64,000 nt of DNA from Octopus vulgaris (lineage: Eukaryota). Positions 38,037-51,945 of the stretch are shown here, in pieces; positions within the stretch are counted from its first letter, which is position 1; every line of letters begins with the position of its first letter. The translations under genes and the position numbers were made by a program. Location of the stretch: assembly GCA_951406725.2 (NCBI GenBank), contig OX597826.1:23932001-23996000 (forward strand), written 5' to 3'. The notes beneath the pieces were generated by a model. The model ran no database searches. It was given only the letters and a program-made list of their open reading frames with translations, and had not been told where the DNA came from.

Positions 38037-38671
38037 CTAGCAGTATCGCCCGGCGTTGCTCGGGTTTGTAAGGGAAATAACTATATAAGCATTTTTAGAG
38101 AGTTATAGCCAAAAAATAGCAAAAAATGCATTAAAAATGGAAAAAATATGATGGTAAATTTTTTTTAAATCGTTGACTCATCGTAGACATTTTTAGAGAG
38201 TTACTTCCCTTATATAATAGCGAAAAATGCATTAAAATGGAAAAAAAACGATGGTAAATTTTTTTTTAAATCGTAGACTCATGTAGACGCTTCCTTAGCC
38301 ATTTCTGTTTTGGTGTCTTCAAGCCATGAAGTCGTTGTTCTAAAAGAACACTGGTCTCCTTGACAACGCATTACGACGTTGATTTCCTTACACTCCCTTC
38401 CCCACAGGTGCAGGTGTGAGCGTGGACGCCAACTCCGCCGCCATCGACACACGAAAAATTATGCATTAAAATGGAATAAAAAATGATGTTAAATTATTTT
38501 TAAAATCGTAGACTCATCGTAGACGCGCGCTAATATTCAGACGGGCTCGATATGAATCACGACTATAAGCTACCCGAATTTGGTTAAACTGCACCGCAAA
38601 ATGTGGGAGTAGTTAGGAATCTAAATCGAAGGGGACAGACACTCACACAACTACAGTTTTATATATATAGA
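38037..38671 (-). mobile_element. Non-autonomous Helitron
   Basis: Minus strand starts A|TCTATATATATAAAA and ends with hairpin CCCGAGCAACGCCGGG plus CTAG|T; duplicate at 49555-50189. Confidence 0.8.
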
Positions 38672-38719
38672 TATACATAGCGCAGTAGTGGTGAGATGTG
38701 ACAGCAAAGAAAAGCATAC

Positions 38720-39045
38720 ATTCACTCTCTGCATGCAATTAGACTCGGAAAGTTCGTGAGGAACCCATTGACCCAATTTGCTGACTTTTCCGATAGCACA
38801 CAGGTCTCAATGAATGGTTGAATGACCAAATGCAAGCTTCTCTGCTAGTTCCTCAACAGTTACGATGAGATTTTGTTCCACCAGGGTTTTCAGGATGTCG
38901 TTGTCGAGTTCTACAGATCTTTCAGGATGAGGCTCGTCTTCTAGGCTGTAGTTTATGGCTCGGGATTTCTGGAACCACCATTGACACTGCCTTACGCTTA
39001 TTGTCCAATCCCCATATACTGCATTAATATTTCTTGTACTTTGCA
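38720..39045 (-). pseudogene. mariner transposase N-terminal fragment
   Basis: RNINAVYG...QWWFQK...SLEDEP...TVEELAEKL, followed by GQWVPHELSE; duplicate at ~50240-50563. Confidence 0.8.
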
Positions 39046-39899
39046 CACATTTATATTCTGTTATTCTTTTATATGTTTCAGCCTTGAGGTTGTGGCCATG
39101 CTGGATCATGTGTGTGTGTGTGTATGTGTCTGTCTGTCTGTCTGTATGTATATATGTATATGTATGTGTGTGAACAATAATATTTTCAACAGATGTGTTG
39201 CAAATGTATCTGATTGTTCTCAAGCTTCAATACTGTGTGTGTGTGTATGTGTGTGTGTGTGTATGTATGTATGTATATGTATGTATGTATGTATATGTAT
39301 GTATGTATGTATGTGTGTATGTATGTGTATGTGTGTGTGTATGTATGTGTATGTGTGTGTGTATGTATGTATGTATGTATGTATGTATGTATGTATGTAT
39401 GTATGTATGTATGTATGAGTGTATGTTTACTTTATTACTAACACAAGCCACTACGGTTATTTAATGAAAGTCTTCCTCAAATCACTCTCTCTCTCGCTAT
39501 TTACTCTCTTCCAAGAACATTTTCACTCACTCTTAGCTCTTAGCTTCCCATACATTTTACTCATGTATCTATCAGCGTCATAGACAGAATACTTTCAGTT
39601 TAGTCTTCCTCAAATCACTCTGTCGCTATTTACTTTCATTTTATTCGTTGCCCACTGTGTGTGTGCGTTTGCGTGTGGTGTAAACCAGACTAAGAAAAGC
39701 ATTTGACACACACACCAGAATGTGAGTTTTCTGTAAATTTTGCTTAATTGGAGTTTAAATTTTAAAAACTGGACCTGGCATGACGCGATGCATTGTACTC
39801 TTAAAAATGCTAGGTAAATTGTAATTGAAGAAATCCTATATTGTAGATTTGTATAACTCCCAAAGGGAGGCATTTAAAATCTGCCTTTTATAATAAGAG

Positions 39900-39972
39900 A
39901 TATATGGATGGATGGATGTATGCATATATGTATATATGGATGTATGCATATATATATGTATATATGGATGTA

Positions 39973-40008
<36 letters not shown>

Positions 40009-40261
40009 GATGTATGCATATATATATATATATGTATGGATGTATGCATATATATATATATATATATGTATGGATGTATGCATATATATATATATATGTA
40101 TGGATGTATGCATATATATATATATGTATGGATGTATGCATATATATATATATATGTATGGATGTATACATATATATATATATATGTATGGATGTATACA
40201 TATATATATATATATGTATGGATGTATGCATATATATATATATATATGGATGGATGTATGC

Positions 40262-40292
<31 letters not shown>

Positions 40293-40301
40293 GATGTATG
40301 C

Positions 40302-40332
<31 letters not shown>

Positions 40333-40338
40333 GATGTA

Positions 40339-40374
<36 letters not shown>

Positions 40375-40800
40375 GATGTATGCATATATATATATATATA
40401 TGTATGGATGTATGCATATATATATATATATATGTATGGATGTATGCATATATATATATATGTATGGATGTATGCATATATATATAGATATATATGTAGG
40501 GATGTATGTATGCATATATATATGTAGGGATGTATGTATATATATATATATATATATGTATGTATGGATGTATGCATATATATATGTATGTATGGATGTA
40601 TGCATATATATATATATGTATGGATGTATGCATATATATATGTATGTATGGATGTATGCATATATATATATATGTATGGATGTATGCATATATATATAGA
40701 TATATATGTAGGGATGTATGTATGCATATATATATATATATGGATGTATGTATGCATATATATATATATATGGATGTATGTATGCATATATATATATTTA
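39900..40800. repeat. Compound minisatellite GTATGGATGTATGCA(TA)n
   Basis: Fixed core with variable TA length; duplicate at ~51415-52380. Confidence 0.95.
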
Positions 40801-43574
40801 TGTATGTATGTTTGTATGTATATTATATGTGTGTGTATATATAACAAATTCAACTTTTCCATGTGTAAAATACCAACACTAAGTGTCGATAAATGAAGTA
40901 TTAAACGTCTGCTTGACAGCTTGCCTTATCTCGTTATCTCCTCGTTAACAGTATATACAATATCAGTTGGCAGAGTTTGTTGAGATGACAATTTAAAAAT
41001 TAAGTTTCCAAAAATAGACATGGACTTGAATTTAACACCCAGTATCTTTTGAAGTTTTAGGTCAACCAAGTTAGAACCTCTTCTGTGTCCTGTTAATTCT
41101 AAAGTGTCTTGGAGAATTAGTTATAATTTCTTTTGATGTTATCTATAATTTATAAGTGTTGCAACTTGACCTCTTGAATCATGATTAGGATAGTTCATCG
41201 TAGTTCTTCAAGGATTTAATCAATCAATTAATGGTTTATGCTTTTAATCAAACCAGTTCATCCGAGTGCTGCTGTGTTTATTTAATGTTTGTGGAGAATT
41301 ATTTGAAGACAAATTTTAAATTATGGAAATATGATAACTTGTCTCTTTTGTAAATATTGGTCTAAAACTTGGCAAGGATTCTTATTACGCTGAAAATAAT
41401 GTCTAAGACCCGAGGTAAGTGGTTTGAAATAGCTTTATTTACTTTTGGCAAAGATATAGTATATTGTGGTAGGTATCAGTGTGGTGTATCTTTTATAGGT
41501 TTCAAACCTTGAAGGTCTTAGTTGAATAAATCAATCCCAGTACTTTTGAGTCTAGCACTTATTCTATTGTTTTCTTTTGCTAAACTGTTAAGTTATTGGA
41601 ATGTAAACAAACCAACACTGGTTGTCACACAGTGGTGGGGTACAAATGTGAACACACACACACACACAGAACAGGCTTTCACATAGTTTCCATCTATCAG
41701 ATTTACTCAGAAGGCATTGGTTGGCCCAGGTCTGTAATAGAAAACATTTACCCAAGGTGCCATGCAGTGGGACTGAACCTGAAATCACATGGCTACAATT
41801 TGAGCTTCTTAACCACACAGCCATGTCTGTGCCTAACCATGGCACTTTTCTTTATCATTTTTATTTAAAATATATATAAATTTTTGTCCAAAATCCTGCA
41901 AAGAGCTTTGTAAGGGACAGTTCTTAGCTGGCCCTTAGAAAGCTCCTGGAAGGGTTTCATGGTGATTAAGTGATAAATCTTGTTTGTAATATTTCAGCCA
42001 ATGTCAGCTAAAATCTTCATCAAAAGTGCATAAAGGTTCCCCTTCACTCATTTCATGTTTTGTCACCCTTATCTATGCAACTCATCTATGTCCTGTCCCT
42101 TCTACCATCATTCTCCCCATTTGTCCTCCAATGTCCTTAAGAGACCTCACTACATCAGGCTGATTGCAGTCAGTACACTTTACCCTGACCCTCACCACCC
42201 CAACATATTGCTCCATGCATCTGGCTATCCCTCTCTTCTTCTTCTTCACTCTACTTGCCATTATATGCTTGCTCCTTCTTGCCCACTTGCCACGGATTGG
42301 AGTACCCCTATTATTCATCCCTCTTATCACTTTCATGTTTTTAGCTGTCTGCCCTGTCTTTTGCTCTGTAAAGAGGCTGGTGAATGAGCAGATGTGGGCT
42401 TAAGAGGTCCCTTTAGTTGTGTCATGAATATGGTTACCTCTTTAATTCTGGTGCAAGAAAAAGTGCATCCAGGACCTTCTATAAAGTGTAAGGTTTAAAA
42501 GACCCTTTAGTCTTGGTGAGGGTATGACATCTCCCTACTGAGGGTGCCATGATAAAAAGCACCCAGTACACTTTTGTAAAGTGGCTGGCATTCAGAAAGG
42601 TATTTAGACATAGAAATTAAGCCAGCAGATGTGATCCACTGACCCTAAATAGTCAAGCAGCTCCTTTGTGCTGCCTCAGACCATGGTGACATGGCCTGTC
42701 CACACCAGCATGGAAAGTGGGCATAAACCAACAACAACGATAATGGTGATAATGGTGATGATGCTATTGTTGCATCCTATGTCAGCTCACAGAGCAAACA
42801 TTTTAACCATTCTGTAACTGTATTCCAATTTCCCCGCATATGCCATGTGTTTCAATTAATTTTGAAATTAATCAAGAATTTGCTGGAAATTAATCAAGAA
42901 TTCAGTTAAACTGTTTCATTAATTGGTATGAATGGATCCTCGGTTGGTTCCTATGATAAGTAATCCAGTTCAATCAACAAACTCCCCTACTTCTTATAGA
43001 ATTACATAAGTGGCTGAATACTCCATAGTCATTGGTGACACTGAATCAGCTTAACATGGTGTGTGACAAGGTCCTGTCTTTGAGTTATGAGTTCAGTCCT
43101 AACACTTGAGGGATGACCTAAGTTTTTTTCTTTTATTTTTTTATCTTTTGCTTGGTTCAGGAATTTGACTTGAATTGACCCCAGTATATTTTTCTTTTGA
43201 AAGCCTGGTACTTGTTCTATCAGTCTCTTTTGCTGAACCACTAGGCCCTGGGGATGTAAACACACAAACACTGGTTGTCAAGGAGCGGTGGGGGAGACAC
43301 AAAGACCAACGCACACATATTTTTATACAGTGGGCTTCTTTTAGTTTCTATCTATGAAATTCTTTCACAAGGCTTTTGTTAGCCTGAAGGCTATAGTAGA
43401 AGACACTTGCCCAAGGTACCACACAGTGAAACCGAACCCAGAACCATGTGGTTGGGAAGCATGCTTCTTACCACACAGTCACTCCTAAAAATCATGTCAC
43501 ACAGTATGATTGAACCTGGGACCTTCACTCGTCCATACCTGCACCGATATTAATTGGTAAATTAAGCTAATGTT

Positions 43575-44400
43575 TAAGTGCCAATGAAATATTGGGGATC
43601 AATGTAATCAACTTATCCCCTCCTCCAAAATGGCTGCCTTCGCGTAAAAATTTGAAGCCATCATCATCATCATTATTATCATTAAGGTAGAAAACTGGCA
43701 AAATCATTAGCATGCTGGAATGAAAGTCTTAGTGGTGTTTCGCCTGTCGCTATGTTCTGAATTCAAATTCTACCAAAGTTGACTTTGTCTTTCATCTTTC
43801 CAGGGTTGATAAATTAAGTACCAGTGAAACACTGGGGTCAATGTAATCGACTAATCTCCTCCCACAAGTTTCAGGTCTTGTGCCTATAGTAGAAAGGATT
43901 ATTATTAAGGCGGCGAGCTGGCAGAATTGTTAGCAGAGTGGACAAAATGCTTAGTGGCATTTCAGCCATCACTACACTCTGAGTTCAAATTCTGCCATGG
44001 TCAGCTTCACCTTTGAATGTTTAAATATTGATAAAATAAGTAGCAGTGAACCACTGGGGTCAATTTGATCAACAAGTCCCCTCCCCAAATTTCAGGTCTT
44101 TTGCCTATAGTAGAAAGGATTATCATTATTATTATGTTTTTTATTATTATTATCATTATTATTATTATTATTATTATTATAGCATAAGCTGGTAGAATTG
44201 TTAGCACGCTGGGTGAAATGCTTAGTGGTATTTCATCTGTCTTCACATGTTGAGTTCAAAGTCCACCAAGGTCGACTTTGCCTTTCATCTTTTCAGGGTT
44301 GATAAAATAAGTACCAGTGAAATACTGGGGTCGATTTGATGAACTAGTCCCCTCCCCCAAATTTCAGGCCTTGTGCCATTAGTAAAAATGATTATTATTA
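43575..44400 (+). mobile_element. Head-to-tail array of SINE family C (one tail plus three full units)
   Basis: Units start at ~43685, ~43909, ~44180, each after an (ATT)n/(ATC)n tail; central CCTTTCATC...GGGTTGATAAAATAAGTACCAG; duplicate at ~55155-55985. Confidence 0.8.
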
Positions 44401-45020
44401 TTATTATTGTTATTGTTATTATTGTTATTATGGCTTTTTTTATCTTTTTCGTTTTAGATAAAATTATTATGAAAGGTTTTTAATTCAAATAGAAACACCT
44501 CAAAACAAGGAGTGATTTTATTATATCTTAGAAACCAGAGCTTATCTGAGATGATCTGATATCAAAAGGATTAAACCTCTTCTTTCGACCCCCCCCCCAC
44601 ACACACACACACACTTAGAAAAAAAAAAAAAATAAAAAAGTTATCGTTTGTTATTTCAAAGCAATGGAGGGAAAGGAAATCATGAGATATGTGAGAGAAT
44701 TTGTTAGTTTATCATCATCATTGCTATCATCACCACCACCACCACCATCATCATCGCTATCTTCATCACCACCACCATCATCATCACTACCATAATCTAT
44801 ACTTTATACACACACGCATGCACACACACATTCTTATGTGTGTTTAAATGTTTATTTTTCTTAGTATGTGGCTGTAGTCTGTATGTTTAAGTATGTGTGT
44901 GTCTTTTACATTAGGTGTGCATCTCTATGTACAAATGCTTGTGTGTGCATGTGCACCAGGCTCTCCTTGTATCTGTGCAATAGATTTGTGTGCAGCAATT
45001 TTTGCTTGTGTGTGTGTATG

Positions 45021-45064
<44 letters not shown>

Positions 45065-45454
45065 TGTTTATATATAGATTTATATACAGACACACACATG
45101 CATATATGTATGTATGTATATATATATACATATATATATACATATATATACACACACACACACACACATATATATATGTAAGAGCTCTGTTTTCAAAGAT
45201 TCTTGTGTTTTTTTTTAATTCATTTTTATTCTCTATACAATTCATTCTGATTTCTAATGATTTTTATTTGGGTTTTATTAATTATTTTTTTTTTTTACAA
45301 AATCAATAAAAGAAGATCAGGGGTTTTTTTCTTCTTATTTTTCTTAATTTTCATCATTTCTATACTGCCAGCCATTGTGGCACCATTTAATTTGAAGCTT
45401 TCATCAAAATAGTTTAGTGGCTGGGTTTTTTTTTTTCCTTATGTCTTTTTTATA

Positions 45455-45554
45455 NNNNNNNNNNNNNNNNNNNNNNNNNNNNNNNNNNNNNNNNNNNNNN
45501 NNNNNNNNNNNNNNNNNNNNNNNNNNNNNNNNNNNNNNNNNNNNNNNNNNNNNN
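45455..45554. other. 100-N scaffold gap
   Basis: Exactly 100 N. Confidence 1.
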
Positions 45555-46817
45555 ATGTTTAATAAAAACTAACTTATTTACCTCAGTTTTAATATCATCT
45601 CCTTCAAAATAATCACCTTCTGCAGCAATATACCAGTCCCAGCATTCCTGCCACATTTGGAACTGGCCCTGGAAGTCATTTTCCATAAGCAGGTAGAGGG
45701 CCTTCTGTGATTCACCCTGGATCTCAACAACAGTGTTAAAACAGCAACCTTTGAACTGCATTTTCCTCTTGATGAAGAGATAGAATTCTGTGGGTGCTAA
45801 ATCTGGTTAATAGAGCAGGTGTGGAGGATAAACCATGTTGTTTTTGGCAAGAAACTCACAAGTGAGGAAAACTTGGGCAAGAATCCAATTGTTCGCACTC
45901 CACGGATCCGGTCACTTTCACCAAATGGCCTTCCTCAAATGCTTCAAAATGTCGCAGTAGAACTTTTGATTGATGGTCTGGCCCTGGAGGATGAATTTTT
46001 GATGTACAATACCACATTTCTGGGGGTTACACTCGTGGCAGGTGTTCCAGATCCCTCATCTTCCAGGGATGTCCTTCCAGTGCCCGTGCCACCCAAAATG
46101 TTGCGTATGACCCATTGCCTCATCACTGTACGCTTGCTGAAGCATGCTCAGTGTCTCTGTAGAAGACTTCCCAAGTTTAAAACAAAACTTCACGTTGGCT
46201 CTTTGTTCCAACCTAATGTCCATGACAAAATCGCAGACAACTGCATACACGTGACCACAAAAACAAAGTAATCACACTCATGTCACTTGCTACACTACCT
46301 CATGAAAGTCACTGCTAGCTCTCTCTGTGCACACAACTGTGTGCTGCCACTTGTTGGTGCACTACAGAAATAGTCCAGGAACTTTTTGATACCACCTCGT
46401 ATATCAGTGAGTGTGTGTGTATATATGTGAAGGCACATAGCTCAGTGGTTAGAGTGTCGAGCTTACGATCGTGAGGTTGTGAGTTCAAATCCCAGACTGG
46501 GCTGCGTGTTGTGTTCTTGAGCAAGACACTTTATTTCATGTTGCTCCAGTTCAATCAGCTGTAGAAATGAGTTGCGATGTCACAGGTGCCAAGCTGTATC
46601 AGCCTTTGCCTTTCCCTTGGATAACACTGATGGCATGGAGAGGGGAGGCCGGTATGCATGGGCGACTGCTGGTTTTCCATAAACAACCTTGCCCGAACTT
46701 GTGCAATCCCACAGTCAGTCATGACTGAAGGGGGTCTCAGCATATATGTGTGTGTGTGTGTGTGTGCGTAGAACACTTTATGACATTATATTACAGTGAA
46801 CTGAAGTTACGTGTATG

Positions 46818-46848
<31 letters not shown>

Positions 46849-49800
46849 TTGTGTGCATAAGTATATATGTGTGTACACTGAAAGAAAATAAGATATGCAT
46901 CTGTATGTGTTGTATATATATGTATATCTTTTTACTGATTTATATCACCGAAGAATGCAAGCATCAGTGAAAAACCAGTGGTCTCTTGGGACTGAGTCTT
47001 CTACAAGGCTAAAGTCCTTGACACCAAATTACAAACACTTTTTTATTGCTCTCACCACCAAAAACCCAGTAAACCTGCCTCTGGCCCAACAGTACTATTC
47101 TTAACACATTGTGATATAAAAATAGAATTTAACACACACAAAAAAAGCATAGCTGGCTGGTTTGCATTCCATTTTCTCTTATTATATTACTTACAAGTAG
47201 CACATAGTGGGGAGTTGACGAGTACTTAAGTTAATCAGTAGATTTATCTTTTCTTTTTGTTTTTTTTTTTTTTAGGTTAAATTCCTTAAATAATTTTGTG
47301 AGGTACTTTTGGAACTTATCATGCTGGTGGTCGCTCATGTAACGGGAGATTGCCCACCCATGGTCTTGGTCTCGGTATTGTCTTATCTTTTGTTTTAGGG
47401 AGCTGAAGAGATATACTTGCGAGTGCATGTCTGAGTTTTACTTTCGTAGAAATGCACCGACTCCATTATCTTGTTCCAGGGGTGGGGTGCAGAGAGCAGT
47501 AGGGAGTATGTTTTCTACCCTTTATACATTCACACACACACACACACTCACACATATGTACACAAATACATATATCTATATATACACATATATATAATAA
47601 TATAAATAATATATATATTTATATATATGCATATATACATATATATACGTATATATTATATGTATATATAGTTTTATCTATGTGTGTGTGTGTGTAATTC
47701 TTTTATTCCTTTATTTGTTTCAGTCATTTGACTGCAGCATACTGGAGCACCACCTTTAGTTGATAAATCAACCCCAGGACTTGTTCTTTGTAAGCCTAGT
47801 ACTTATTCTATCGGTCTCTTTTTGCTGAACTGCTAAGTGATGGGTACATATACACACCAGTATCAGTTGTCAAGTGATGGTGGAGGGGACAAACACAGAC
47901 AGAAACAACAAACACGCACACACACACACACACATATATATATATACAACGGGCTTCTTTCAGCTTCAGTCCACCAAATCCACTGACAAGGCTTTGGTCA
48001 GCCTGAGGCTATAGTAGATGACACTTGCCCAAGGTGCCATGCAGTCGGACTGAACCCAAAACTATGTGGTTGGGAAGTAAGCTTCTTACCATACAACCAC
48101 TCCTGCGTCTGTAAGCTAATGAAGTTTATCAGATAATCATTTATATACAGGGGTTGGACAAAATAATGGAAACACCTTAAAATTGCAAACAATTCTATTT
48201 TAATATAAGGTAGGACTGCCTTTGGCAGTAATTACAGCTTGAATTCTATGAGTTGTAGACTCAAACAAAGTTTGAATTGTTTCCAAATGAGTTTTCGTCC
48301 ATTCTTCAGGTAAAACAGTCTCCAGTTCTTGTAGTGATGATGGTGGAGGATGTCGACTCATTACTTGTTTTTCTAAAATGCACCATAAATGTTCAATAAT
48401 ATTGAGATCTGGGGACTGTGGTGGCCAGATAAGATGTTCAACTTCACTAGAATGTTCCTCATGCCATTCAGTAACAACTTTAACTGTGTGAATTGGTGCA
48501 TTATCATCCTGAAAGATTGCGTTTCCCTCCGAAAACAATTCCACAACCATAGAATGAATTCAATCAGATAAAATGCTTAAATAGTCTTGACTATTAATTC
48601 TGCCATGAAGGGAAACCATTAGGCTGGCGGATTTTCAAGATATAGCTCCCCCAGCTCATCACAGATCCTCCTCCGTCTTTAATAATTGGAAGAAGGCAAT
48701 CTGGGTCAAATGCTTCTTTTGGCTGTCTCCACATGTATACTCAGTCGGTGGTCAGAAATAAGGTAAAGGATGACTCATCCAAGAAAGTAACATTCTTCCA
48801 CTGCTCTAGGGACAAATTCTGTAGGTTTTTACTCCACTCTAAATGCTTTGCAGCGTTTGTTTTTGAAAGTAATGGTCTTCTGATTGCAGCCCTCCCGTGA
48901 AATCTGGCTTTGTGCAGCTCCCGGCAAACAGTTTCTTTGGAAACTGGGTTCTCAAGGTGGTCATTAAGCTCTGCAGTAATTTTGGCAGTTGTACTTTTGT
49001 GATCCTTTCTAACAATTCTCATAAGAGTCTGACAGTCCCTATCTGAAAGTTTTGGTTTTCTTCCGTAGTTTTGTTTCGACGAGGAGGTTTTTCCCTCTTT
49101 TTCAAAGGCTGTCATTACTTTCAAGACAGTACTTCTTGATACACCAAACATTTCAGCTGTTTTCAGCTTACGCTAGCGCCTGCCAAATGAGCACCAACAA
49201 TGCCTGAGTAATATTTTGTAGCTTCATTGGAGCCTCAAGCATGAAGTGAAATTTATCAAGCACTTATAGTGGAAACAGCTGCAAGCTAATGAAGATAATC
49301 ATTTATTCATTCATAATTCTAATTTCTTATATTATATGTATGTATGTATGGATGGATGGATGTATACATATGTATGTATGCATATAATTATATATGTATG
49401 GATGTATGTATGCATATATATATATATATATATATGTATGGGTGGATGTATGCATATATATATATATATATATGTATATGTATGTATGTATGGATGGATG
49501 GATGCATGCATATATATATATATGTATATATGGATGTATGCATATATATATGTACTAGCAGTATCGCCCGGCGTTGCTCGGGTTTGTAAGGGAAATAACT
49601 ATATAAGCATTTTTAGAGAGTTATAGCCAAAAAATAGCAAAAAATGCATTAAAAATGGAAAAAATATGATGGTAAATTTTTTTTTAAATCGTTGACTCAT
49701 CGTAGACATTTTTAGAGAGTTACTTCCCTTATATAATAGCGAAAAATGCATTAAAATGGAAAAAAAACGATGGTAAATTTTTTTTTAAATCGTAGACTCA

Positions 49801-50809
49801 TGTAGACGCTTCCTTAGCCATTTCTGTTTTGGTGTCTTCAAGCCATGAAGTCGTTGTTCTAAAAGAACACTGGTCTCCTTGACAACGCATTACGACGTTG
49901 ATTTCCTTACACTCCCTTCCCCACAGGTGCAGGTGTGAGCGTGGACGCCAACTCCGCCGCCATCGACACACGAAAAATTATGCATTAAAATGGAATAAAA
50001 AATGATGTTAAATTATTTTTAAAATCGTAGACTCATCGTAGACGCGCGCTAATATTCAGACGGGCTCGATATGAATCACGACTATAAGCTACCCGAATTT
50101 GGTTAAACTGCACCGCAAAATGTGGGAGTAGTTAGAATCTAAATCGAAGGGGACAGACACTCACACAACTACAGTTTTATATATATAGATATACATAGCG
50201 CAGTAGTGGTGAGATGTGACAGCAAAGAAAAGCATACATTCACTCTCTGCATGCAATTAGACTCGGAAAGTTCGTGAGGAACCCATTGACCCAATTTGCT
50301 GACTTTTCCGATAGCACACAGGTCTCAATGAATGGTTGAATGACCAAATGCAAGCTTCTCTGCTAGTTCCTCAACAGTTACGATGAGATTTTGTTCCACC
50401 AGGGTTTTCAGGATGTCGTTGTCGAGTTCTACAGATCTTTCAGGATGAGGCTCGTCTTCTAGGCTGTAGTTTATGGCTCGGGATTTCTGGAACCACCATT
50501 GACACTGCCTTACGCTTATTGTCCAATCCCCATATACTGCATTAATATTTCTTGTACTTTGCACACATTTATATTCTGTTATTCTTTTATATGTTTCAGC
50601 CTTGAGGTTGTGGCCATGCTGGATCATGTGTGTGTGTGTGTATGTGTCTGTCTGTCTGTCTGTATGTATATATGTATATGTATGTGTGTGAACAATAATA
50701 TTTTCAACAGATGTGTTGCAAATGTATCTGATTGTTCTCAAGCTTCAATACTGTGTGTGTGTGTATGTGTGTGTGTGTGTATGTATGTATGTATATGTAT
50801 GTATGTATG

Positions 50810-50841
<32 letters not shown>

Positions 50842-50871
50842 TGTATGTATGTGTGTGTGTATGTATGTGTA

Positions 50872-50904
<33 letters not shown>

Positions 50905-50911
50905 ATGTATG

Positions 50912-50942
<31 letters not shown>

Positions 50943-51486
50943 TTACTTTATTACTAACACAAGCCACTACGGTTATTTAATGAAAGTCTTCCTCAAATCA
51001 CTCTCTCTCGCTATTTACTCTCTTCCAAGAACATTTTCACTCACTCTTAGCTCTTAGCTTCCCATACATTTTACTCATGTATCTATCAGCGTCATAGACA
51101 GAATACTTTCAGTTTAGTCTTCCTCAAATCACTCTGTCGCTATTTACTTTCATTTTATTCGTTGCCCACTGTGTGTGTGCGTTTGCGTGTGGTGTAAACC
51201 AGACTAAGAAAAGCATTTGACACACACACCAGAATGTGAGTTTTCTGTAAATTTTGCTTAATTGGAGTTTAAATTTTAAAAACTGGACCTGGCATGACGC
51301 GATGCATTGTACTCTTAAAAATGCTAGGTAAATTGTAATTGAAGAAATCCTATATTGTAGATTTGTATAACTCCCAAAGGGAGGCATTTAAAATCTGCCT
51401 TTTATAATAAGAGATATATGGATGGATGGATGTATGCATATATGTATATATGGATGTATGCATATATATATGTATATATGGATGTA

Positions 51487-51522
<36 letters not shown>

Positions 51523-51817
51523 GATGTATGCATATATATATATATATGTATGGATGTATGCATATATATATATATATATGTATGGATGTATGCATATATA
51601 TATATATATGTATGGATGTATGCATATATATATATATGTATGTGGATGTATGCATATATATATATATATGTATGGATGTATGCATATATATATATATATA
51701 TGTATGGATGTATGCATATATATATATATGTATGGATGATGTATATGTATATATATATATATATGTATGGATGTATGCATATATATATATATATATATGG
51801 ATGGATACATATATATG

Positions 51818-51853
<36 letters not shown>

Positions 51854-51862
51854 GATGTATGC

Positions 51863-51893
<31 letters not shown>

Positions 51894-51899
51894 GATGTA

Positions 51900-51945
<46 letters not shown>

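Larger units (their letters stand above)
34051..45454 (+). repeat. Segmental duplicate, copy 1
   Basis: Near-identical to 45555-57030; ends exactly at the N gap. Confidence 0.95.

Noticed and set aside
39900-40800. Constant core with variable spacers
   Set aside because: The spacers are only (TA)n length variants, explained by slippage
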